Origin: a virus
Lineage: Duplodnaviria; Caudoviricetes
Strand: one strand, 5' to 3'
Length of the DNA: 64,000 bases
IMG/VR virus record: IMGVR_UViG_3300038679_000357
Location: 160,001-224,000 of that record
Shown here: piece after piece, positions 55,420 to 63,285 of the stretch
Layout: every line of letters starts with the position of its first letter
How positions within the stretch are numbered: position 1 is the stretch's first letter
The notes under the pieces: generated by a model
Told to the model about the DNA's origin: nothing
Database searches by the model: none
The model's input: the letters and a program-made list of their open reading frames with translations, nothing else
Position numbers and translations under genes: made by a program

Positions 55420-57783
55420 TTATTCCTCAAACAATTCGGGATTCTCGTCTTTCGCCTTTCTCCAGATATCTTTCAAGCCGGAAAGGTTATACTCCTCCAA
55501 CATCGACTCTCCATTATCATACCTGGATATTTTCACGTACTCATAAGCCAACCGCAACTGAGTAATATTTCCTGTGAAAACACTACCAGAATGTTCTAAC
55601 ATAGCCTCCATAAGCTCTGGAACGATCGTATATCCTCGAAGAGCCATAATAATAGCTCTAGTAATGATCAATGGATTTCTTGGGATGATTTCTCCAGGTT
55701 GGAATATAGTTTTCACAACCTTTGACTTGGCATCCTCAATCCCCATGCCAGTGATATCGTATATCTTCCCCTTAACAAAATCATAAAGTAGACTATTAGC
55801 CGTAAAATCACGAGCATATATGTCGTAGTTTAATGACGTGACCTGCACTCCATTTTTTCTCATAAGGTCACGAACATCAACGGGAACAAAATTTCCGCGA
55901 AAATCCATTTTCATCCCGTCATAAGAAAAGCTCATCGTCATTGTTCTTAATAGAACACTCATATCAGTGGCATTTAACTCTTCGGCAAGAAGTCCACCCA
56001 TTTTTAAACATTCTGTTGGATTTCCAGAGGTAAAATCGATATCGTTAACTTCCCTATAATCACCACTGCCAATCATTGTCCTTGGCAATCCACCAACCGC
56101 ATACACAGAGTTTATCCCGTGCTCGCGACAAACCGTCTTGGCAACCGTTAAAATATATGAGATCTGGTCAGAAATGCGTGCTGAAGTTCCCATAATCTCA
56201 TCCACGGAATCTGAATCACCTATAATGATTGCCTTTTCCATATTGATAATTGCTTTTTCATCTACATGAGGTGAAACAAGCCATATAGCATCATGATCTC
56301 CATGCTCAAACTTGTAAACCCTCATATCGGAACAAGCTCGCTCTATGGCGTCAGACATATACGAAAAGCAATACATTCTCACTGCCGGGCGCTTTCCAGA
56401 CTTTACCTGAAACTTGTAGAAGCCTATTTTTCTCATGGACTCAAGGATGATGTTTTTTGTTTTATCATCAGCCTCTATTGCTGCAGCCTTCCTCCATGGA
56501 CCGGTAACAATATCCTCACGATATAGAGAACTCCATGTCATTGGATTGTTATTACAGTAATCAATCATTGTAAAGTTCACGTCATACTGATATGACATAC
56601 GACCAAAACGATCGGTTTGATAACTGACATTTTCCGGACGATATCGTTTATGCCAATAAGGATCTTCACCTTCTTTGTAGTCAATCCTATCTACAATATC
56701 TCGACCATCCATTACGCGAGGAATTGCCTCGTCAATTGCGTAAAACGGTCCACCAATATTTGGTCCACCAAGGTTAGAGTTGATTCCAGCAGTTTTTCGT
56801 ACTGGTCGTATGATCGGACGAGGTCTGGCATTTTCCAATAACTCCTGTAAGGTCATCCTCTTAACCTCGTCGTCGGTGTAATCGGCAGACAATCCATCAG
56901 CCACAGAAAAATCAGGCGGAAGAGGCTTATGATGGTTTTTTTGTAATATCGTCTCCATACTGTCATTAGGCTTCTTATCAACAGGGAAAAACATGTTGTC
57001 AAAATCACTAAAAGATTGCAGCATTGCCTCTGGAAGAACAGCGTCCAAAAATGGAACGATTTGAGCCTTCTTTATCGGCATCTTAGACGAAGCATTATAT
57101 ATTTCACTACCCATTTCAAATGGAATGCGACCTTGTGACTTTCTTGTGGAGTTCAGTTCGCCTATTTTTTCATTTGTCCACTTTTTTTGTGCCTGAATTG
57201 GAGCAGACTCGTCTTTTGCTCCAAGAGCGTGAACCGACTCATGAACAATCGTAGATCCCAAATGAAGAGCCACGAGAAGGTCAAAATCAGATTGATCCAG
57301 TGGTTTATATTCACTTCCAGATATCTGCTTGGATAAATCCTGAAAATTCTTTTTCGCAATATCGAGAATCTTAGCAGCATTTATTCCGATAACAAGACCA
57401 CCTTTCAAGTCAAGATTACCATACATCTTATCCATTTCGTCACGAACCTGATCTGGGTTTTTATCATCAGACCAAGCATACAGGCTACCATTTTCATAGC
57501 GAACACTGTACCCCATCTTTTTAAGTTCAGCCTCAACAATTTTGACTTTAACGGATCGATCTATGTTTGGATCAAAAACTCCAAAAGCACCAGACTCAGA
57601 AGAATTATATATATAAGCAATATTGGTTAAATTTCCGCCAAACGACGAACTTCTCACCATATCGAGAGCTGTCCCAGCCTGTGATAAAACAGAGGCAATT
57701 TCGCCAATATCAACTTTTGATGGCGAACCTATGTTTCCTTCGATAGAAGGTACGATCCTATCTATTTCACCGGGCTGATACAT
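55420..57783 (-). CDS. Zincin-motif N-terminal region fused to a class II (CCA-adding/poly(A) polymerase-like) nucleotidyltransferase
   Basis: IVHESVHALG (HExxH, ~57230); VYAVGGLPRT...NDIDF (motif A with DxD); DIYARDFTANSL (motif B); IYDITGMGIED; RNPLIITRAI (motif D position). Confidence 0.8.
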   Translation of the reverse strand: MYQPGEIDRIVPSIEGNIGSPSKVDIGEIASVLSQAGTALDMVRSSSFGGNLTNIAYIYNSSESGAFGVFDPNIDRSVKVKIVEAELKKMGYSVRYENGSLYAWSDDKNPDQVRDEMDKMYGNLDLKGGLVIGINAAKILDIAKKNFQDLSKQISGSEYKPLDQSDFDLLVALHLGSTIVHESVHALGAKDESAPIQAQKKWTNEKIGELNSTRKSQGRIPFEMGSEIYNASSKMPIKKAQIVPFLDAVLPEAMLQSFSDFDNMFFPVDKKPNDSMETILQKNHHKPLPPDFSVADGLSADYTDDEVKRMTLQELLENARPRPIIRPVRKTAGINSNLGGPNIGGPFYAIDEAIPRVMDGRDIVDRIDYKEGEDPYWHKRYRPENVSYQTDRFGRMSYQYDVNFTMIDYCNNNPMTWSSLYREDIVTGPWRKAAAIEADDKTKNIILESMRKIGFYKFQVKSGKRPAVRMYCFSYMSDAIERACSDMRVYKFEHGDHDAIWLVSPHVDEKAIINMEKAIIIGDSDSVDEIMGTSARISDQISYILTVAKTVCREHGINSVYAVGGLPRTMIGSGDYREVNDIDFTSGNPTECLKMGGLLAEELNATDMSVLLRTMTMSFSYDGMKMDFRGNFVPVDVRDLMRKNGVQVTSLNYDIYARDFTANSLLYDFVKGKIYDITGMGIEDAKSKVVKTIFQPGEIIPRNPLIITRAIIMALRGYTIVPELMEAMLEHSGSVFTGNITQLRLAYEYVKISRYDNGESMLEEYNLSGLKDIWRKAKDENPELFEE

Positions 57784-58372
57784 CTTTTACTCTTGTTGGA
57801 GTTTTAGTTGGTGTCGCAGAAGGAGATTCTTTTTCCTCATCTTTTTCTTTCTTTTTTACACCAAGAGAAAAATCATTATTGACGAGATTTGCTCCAGTAG
57901 GAACGTCAATATCAACGTATTCAATATCAGCAGCACTCCTGCCTTCATCACTAGTTTCTTGCGGAGGTTCGTTTAGCACCAAATCTTCATCATCTTCTTC
58001 AACCGTATATACATCTTTATGCGATTCAAGCCAATCACTTAATACCTTGGTCTCCTTTACGTCAAGAGCAGAGATTGTTTCCCATCCAGACCCCAAAGAT
58101 TTACCTACATTTTTATCAACCATTTCCGTAAAAAATGAAAAATCTCCAAGCTCAGATATATGTTTTCCGTCTGGACTTTGATGATCAATTATCATTTTCT
58201 TTTCTTCTTTATCTACCAAAAACTTAGTAAGATATTCTACCGATATGACAACGGTATTTCCACCAGAATCATCGCCGCCAGAATTATCGTCACTAGACTG
58301 GGAAATCTTGACTGGTCTTTTAACAGAAATTAGTTTCCACCTATCATTTTCCAAAACTTCATACAGTCTCAT
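57767..58372 (-). CDS. Hypothetical acidic protein
   Basis: 201-aa ORF overlapping both neighbours. Confidence 0.55.
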   Translation of the reverse strand: MRLYEVLENDRWKLISVKRPVKISQSSDDNSGGDDSGGNTVVISVEYLTKFLVDKEEKKMIIDHQSPDGKHISELGDFSFFTEMVDKNVGKSLGSGWETISALDVKETKVLSDWLESHKDVYTVEEDDEDLVLNEPPQETSDEGRSAADIEYVDIDVPTGANLVNNDFSLGVKKKEKDEEKESPSATPTKTPTRVKDVSAR

Positions 58373-59390
58373 GTTTCATCTCCGTCATTAATTGATTCAC
58401 ATATTCAGAAGGAATAGCGGCATTTAACCCATAATTTCCAGTTGGCTGAACAATCATAGCTGCCACGCCAATAACAACGCCATCCAACACATCAATTATC
58501 GGACCGCCAGAACTACCAGGATATACCGCTAAATCGACAAAGAAATACGACCCCACACTGTCAGTGCCAACACTTCTTCCGATAGATGAGATCATCCCTC
58601 TTGAAACATTATTGTCATAGCCATACGGACTTCCTACGCATAAAATATCAGCACCAGTTTTCATCGCGGAAATCCCCTTCATACCAAGATAGGTGTGTTT
58701 TACTGTCTCACACGACATCAACGCCAGATCACGATCGTAATCTACTTCAATTGGTATAACACGATGACGTCGACCAGATTCAACAAGATAACATGAGACT
58801 GACTTAGGATCTTCCTGCCTGCGACTTATTACATGAGCACATGTGACAAACAATGTTTCGTCTATAGCAAAACATGATCCGATTTCCATCTTACCATATT
58901 TCGACGATTCGCATTCCATTTTGAAGCAAGCCGACATAACGTCGGCAATCACCGGAATAATATCTTGTTTTTCTCCAGAAGAAGCCTGCCGATCAGGTTT
59001 CCTACCACGCCTAGTCATCATAATGTATCTTTTTTTAGACCAGTCTTTCATTACCTTTTCGTAATCTGAGTCGGGGTAAACATGTTCTTTGTGTTCTACA
59101 TCAAGAACAATTATCTCAGTTGAATAATTAATGTCTCGATCACCACTCTCGATTTCAGTTTCATTTCTGAAAAAACCACCGACAGCGTGAGACACTCCAT
59201 CCGGCTCTACTCCAATGAATTTATGGTCTCCCCCCATATTGGAGTCAAAGGTGGTCCGTTCCTTATCCCCAGGTCCACCGCCATACCAAGGAGATTGTTT
59301 TGACTTGTCGGTGACAGGAGACAACCCACCATCGAACGGCATTGTTGTTCGATGAGCTGCTATTTTATCGGTTATCTTCCTGATTTTCAT
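58359..59390 (-). CDS. Trypsin-like (HtrA/Trypsin_2-type) serine protease with N-terminal extension, no PDZ
   Basis: Intact triad: FVTCAHVI (His), DRDLALM (Asp), YPGSSGGPI (Ser); VGSPYG...VSRGMIS. Confidence 0.9.
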   Translation of the reverse strand: MKIRKITDKIAAHRTTMPFDGGLSPVTDKSKQSPWYGGGPGDKERTTFDSNMGGDHKFIGVEPDGVSHAVGGFFRNETEIESGDRDINYSTEIIVLDVEHKEHVYPDSDYEKVMKDWSKKRYIMMTRRGRKPDRQASSGEKQDIIPVIADVMSACFKMECESSKYGKMEIGSCFAIDETLFVTCAHVISRRQEDPKSVSCYLVESGRRHRVIPIEVDYDRDLALMSCETVKHTYLGMKGISAMKTGADILCVGSPYGYDNNVSRGMISSIGRSVGTDSVGSYFFVDLAVYPGSSGGPIIDVLDGVVIGVAAMIVQPTGNYGLNAAIPSEYVNQLMTEMKHETV

Positions 59391-59396
59391 TTTTCC

Positions 59397-59774
59397 TCAT
59401 TCAATATCAACAAATACTGCTGGGTCAAAACTAGGTCCATCGTTATTTTTTAGAACTCTCACACCATCAAGAATCTCGTACTCATCTTCATTATTTGGCG
59501 TATAGACTTCATATTCATTAACGGTAGCCAATTTCTTTCCGGGAACGACTTCTTGCTTAGGACTTAAATCAACGTCAAGAACGCTATCGCAAGGAGTTTT
59601 ATCTACCTTTTTCTGTTCCAGACATCCTGTATCAACCTTCAAAACCCCCCCTGCGATAGCTGCTCCGATTTCGGTGGTCTCCAAAGATGGAACGTAAATC
59701 GTACCATTTTTTTGAACAACCGATCCGTTCTGTAAGCAAATTTTATAATTACTTACGTTCCTCAACAGGGGCAT
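59397..59774 (-). CDS. Hypothetical small protein
   Basis: 125-aa ORF; N-terminus resembles a short domain also seen in the GT4 extension. Confidence 0.55.
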   Translation of the reverse strand: MPLLRNVSNYKICLQNGSVVQKNGTIYVPSLETTEIGAAIAGGVLKVDTGCLEQKKVDKTPCDSVLDVDLSPKQEVVPGKKLATVNEYEVYTPNNEDEYEILDGVRVLKNNDGPSFDPAVFVDIE

Positions 59775-59782
59775 ATCAACTC

Positions 59783-60130
59783 CTACTTTTTACCATTCGC
59801 TGGCTTATATTTTCCAGGTTCTTTTCGATCTGCATCAAGAGGATGAACTTTCGGAGCTTCTCCACTAGCCGCCGTGCGATGAGCCTTTCCAAAAACAGGC
59901 TTTTCATCGTCAAGACGCTTTTCAACGAGAGCATCCCTCGTGCCTTCACGAAGTTTTTCAAGCTGCTTTTCAGTAGTAACGTTAGCACCACCAGTGCGGT
60001 CAGACTCAAGTCCTTTTTCGGTGATACTTTGTTTTCCTGATGATGGAGCATTCTCCCTCAACATGTTTTCAAGAGACTTCACTTTTTCCTCGCGCTTTTT
60101 AGCTGCTTCAACATGTCTTGCATTGTACAT
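59783..60130 (-). CDS. Small charged protein built from TEKQL-like repeats
   Basis: ITEKGLESDRTGG, TTEKQLEKLREG, LVEKRLDDEK; SD AGGAG before ATG 60130. Confidence 0.65.
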   Translation of the reverse strand: MYNARHVEAAKKREEKVKSLENMLRENAPSSGKQSITEKGLESDRTGGANVTTEKQLEKLREGTRDALVEKRLDDEKPVFGKAHRTAASGEAPKVHPLDADRKEPGKYKPANGKK

Positions 60131-60194
60131 TTTATGTTCTCCTACGTTATCGAACATTATACATCGGATCTCGCCCATATATTCTGATTAACCA

Positions 60195-61976
60195 TTACAT
60201 AGTCCTACCAACATTTGCCAAAACAGAAGATGGAAGAGAATTAACGATTCCATAACCGGACGCCATCCAAGTTGCTCCTGCGATACAGTCGGCTAAATCA
60301 TCCGTCGGAAAATCAGATTTCACATCCTTATCTATCGACACCCCTCTTGTTGTCGACTTAACCTTTAAGTTAAGTAATTCTCCGTATATGTAATCATCGT
60401 GGTACATCCAAAACTCATCGGCATTCATTAGATCTTCAAGATTTTTGTAAAAAGAGGCTTTTCCGCCTCTCGAAAACGAAAGTCTTGTTGCAATGATTCC
60501 CTTCCCCTTTAAAAACGCTATACTATGAACAGAATTCCATAAATCGTAAGAAATTCTCATGGTCTTGAATTTTCGACAGATATCGTAAACTTCCGCATCA
60601 ATTGCTTGAAAATCAAGCAACTGACCTCCTGGTTTCCACATCCGATGTGTAGCCAAATAACACCGATGCCTCTTTTCTCCACGACGATTGACATACTTCG
60701 TCTTACCTACAACTGCTAATGCATAGTTATCCCTGGTTGAGGCTGGATCGACATGGATATAATATTCAACATGCGGTTCTGCTCCTGTGCGCATGAACAT
60801 AAACGTTTTTATGGCGTTAGAAACGGTATCTTTAGCAAAATAATTTCTCTTTGATCCGCTCTTTCTCCACATCGACCCATATTCTGTATCGAACGACTCC
60901 TGGTCTCTTTTTCTTTCTTTTGTTAGAAACTCACAATCATATGGAAGATCCTCGTTTATATCCCATGTAGCCAACCTAAAAGACAAGGTCTTGCGAAATT
61001 CATCATCCACACTGTTGCCATTTTCCCATATCTCATAAAAAATACCACTAGGATAATTTACTGAAGAAATTTCAACTAGTCTACCGTCACCCTTAATCGT
61101 GAATTTTGCGATAGACGGAATGAGTGCGTTGTAAAAAGTTCTTCCAGAAACGACTGGGTTTTCATCGTAAAATGCCAACTCGTCAAACAAAATAGCAGCA
61201 GCAGAATAACCACGTAAGGTATCTGGATTGCTATGTCCGCAAACCAATACAATTGATCCTTTTACAGAAATATTGGTGGTCGGATCAGATTTGTTCCGAA
61301 TATCCGCATCAGTAAGAAGACGGATTTCAGTAGATAAGGCATCGCCATCGATTCTACCGCGAAAAAACTTACATTTTCTCAATCGATTTTTGACCTGTGA
61401 GAATAAACGTTGTGACTGAGGTCCAGAATTAGCTACATTGATAATGGCGATTTCTTCGTCATCAGGAATACCATAAAACTTATACGGATCACCAATCTTT
61501 ATGAGCTTATATGCCTCATACGCAACAATAATCGAAGTCATAATGGTTTTTGATGCGCGACGACCAAGCGCCAGGTGTAATTCATTGAATGTAAAATTCG
61601 AAGGTTCTCCTGGATTTTTACCATCCCTCATTTTTCTAAGTCGATGAATTACGTTATCAAGTTGTTTGTCGTGTAACCATTTTTCCTCTTCCGGCGACAA
61701 TGTTACGTTTTCATTTCCCCTTGTCCCCATATAGAAGCACTTTAAAATAACTCGCTGCCCAAGAAAAAGGGGGAAATTATGTTGAGGAAGATCAAGAAAA
61801 TCTGGATGGTTACAGAAGGTTATTATGTCAACTATATAATCAAACTGATCAACAGAAGTTTGCTCAACAGATAGTCCGGCATCAGCCCGGACCTTGTTCA
61901 TCAATACTTCTAGTGGAGCAGAAACTTGTCCATCCTGATGTCTGTCAGAATGCGTGTTTTTCTTTCTTGGGGGCAT
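60195..61976 (-). CDS. terL: Terminase large subunit
   Basis: ATPase LALGRRASKT (Walker A variant), IINVANSGPQSQ, TLRGYSAAAILFDELAF (Walker B), LVEISS (coupling motif); RNase H-like nuclease IHVDPAST...DDLADCIAG. Confidence 0.92.
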   Translation of the reverse strand: MPPRKKNTHSDRHQDGQVSAPLEVLMNKVRADAGLSVEQTSVDQFDYIVDIITFCNHPDFLDLPQHNFPLFLGQRVILKCFYMGTRGNENVTLSPEEEKWLHDKQLDNVIHRLRKMRDGKNPGEPSNFTFNELHLALGRRASKTIMTSIIVAYEAYKLIKIGDPYKFYGIPDDEEIAIINVANSGPQSQRLFSQVKNRLRKCKFFRGRIDGDALSTEIRLLTDADIRNKSDPTTNISVKGSIVLVCGHSNPDTLRGYSAAAILFDELAFYDENPVVSGRTFYNALIPSIAKFTIKGDGRLVEISSVNYPSGIFYEIWENGNSVDDEFRKTLSFRLATWDINEDLPYDCEFLTKERKRDQESFDTEYGSMWRKSGSKRNYFAKDTVSNAIKTFMFMRTGAEPHVEYYIHVDPASTRDNYALAVVGKTKYVNRRGEKRHRCYLATHRMWKPGGQLLDFQAIDAEVYDICRKFKTMRISYDLWNSVHSIAFLKGKGIIATRLSFSRGGKASFYKNLEDLMNADEFWMYHDDYIYGELLNLKVKSTTRGVSIDKDVKSDFPTDDLADCIAGATWMASGYGIVNSLPSSVLANVGRTM

Positions 61977-61977
61977 T

Positions 61978-63285
61978 TTATTCCATGAAGATTTCTACAT
62001 CATCATCGGTCATCCATACATCTGTAATGAGACCGTTGTCCATCTCTATCCTTACCGGAAATTCAACATACGTGTTATAAAATTCCATCCTATCTTGGTC
62101 AATTTTACCAGCCATCCCTTCATATTCTGACCCTGGTTTAATGACCTTAACCAAGGACGCCCCCTTTAATCTCTCAACATTGTCTTTAATTACATCATTT
62201 ATTTCTTGCTGATATGAGGCAATTTTCGTAACTGGATCTGTAATTTTCACAGTATAACTTGATGATTTTGTTTCTTTTCCGCCAACAGCAGAAAATGTCA
62301 CCACCTTTCTCGTCTTTCCATCGCCAGAAATGGCGTCAAAGCTATCTGGTCCCTTAGACATCATCTTAGATGACAATAAGATAATATCATCGACGTCAAG
62401 GGGTTGCATATGACCAACCGCCAACAATGACGGAATCATCACATCCATATAGTGAGAATAGCTAAACGGAGACGTTTCACGACACTTTGTAATACCACGG
62501 AAAAGCGCGTTTTCTCCAACGTGAACAACAACTCTTTTATCGTCGGAAATAACATGAACATCATATCCCGTCATCGACGGAATCATGCCGAGTATTTTAG
62601 GATCGGTCATCCCTATTGCACCACAAGCCCGGTCTACATAAAAAGAGGCAAGCTCAGGAAGAAAATCAATATTTTTTGTGTTTGACGTCTTAATAAAACC
62701 AATCCACCCAGCCGCCTTTGGCGTTTCAAATTGCATCGGTTCAGATTTTTCGGTAGTATTTTCAGACTGCATCCAGCGTTTATAATTGCTCGAAATGTAT
62801 TGAAGGATATCCTGCATTTGCGATTTTAGTTCCTTCAACTTTACAAGATTATCATTATTTTTGTCGTCACCTACATCTTTTTCAACTTCCTTGATCATCA
62901 TATCCATTTCTCCGCCATCCTTGGCATAAGTATCAACATATGATTTCAAGGCTGGGACCGTACGATCTCTATTGTTGAATGACTCATTTTCTTCGTCGGA
63001 AGCAATTTCTTTTAGTTTTCCACTGCAATAATCTATAATCGACTTGTACTTTGATACAATGTTAGCATGGATCATGTTCATGTTATCCATGGCATCGTAA
63101 GCAATCCTATTGCGAAAAAGAAAATCAACTGCTGATACAGCGGCAAGTTCACGGCTAGAATACACACCTCCATCAGATAACCCATACCGCCTAGAGTCAA
63201 ACGCAACTTTTCCAGAAGCGTTTCTTATTCTAAACCAATACTGGTTATCTCGACAAGAGATATCAACTAGGTCGTAATACTGCAT
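61978..63285 (-). CDS. Hypothetical protein with coiled-coil and C-terminal SH3/KOW-like segment
   Basis: SD AAGGA before ATG 63285; C-terminal LVKVIKPGSEYEGMAGKI...VRIEMDNG. Confidence 0.55.
   Translation of the reverse strand: MQYYDLVDISCRDNQYWFRIRNASGKVAFDSRRYGLSDGGVYSSRELAAVSAVDFLFRNRIAYDAMDNMNMIHANIVSKYKSIIDYCSGKLKEIASDEENESFNNRDRTVPALKSYVDTYAKDGGEMDMMIKEVEKDVGDDKNNDNLVKLKELKSQMQDILQYISSNYKRWMQSENTTEKSEPMQFETPKAAGWIGFIKTSNTKNIDFLPELASFYVDRACGAIGMTDPKILGMIPSMTGYDVHVISDDKRVVVHVGENALFRGITKCRETSPFSYSHYMDVMIPSLLAVGHMQPLDVDDIILLSSKMMSKGPDSFDAISGDGKTRKVVTFSAVGGKETKSSSYTVKITDPVTKIASYQQEINDVIKDNVERLKGASLVKVIKPGSEYEGMAGKIDQDRMEFYNTYVEFPVRIEMDNGLITDVWMTDDDVEIFME

Noticed and set aside
60195-61976. 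Intein in TerL (a common insertion site)
   Set aside because: Length (593 aa) and continuous ATPase and nuclease motifs leave no room; no C...HN motifs.
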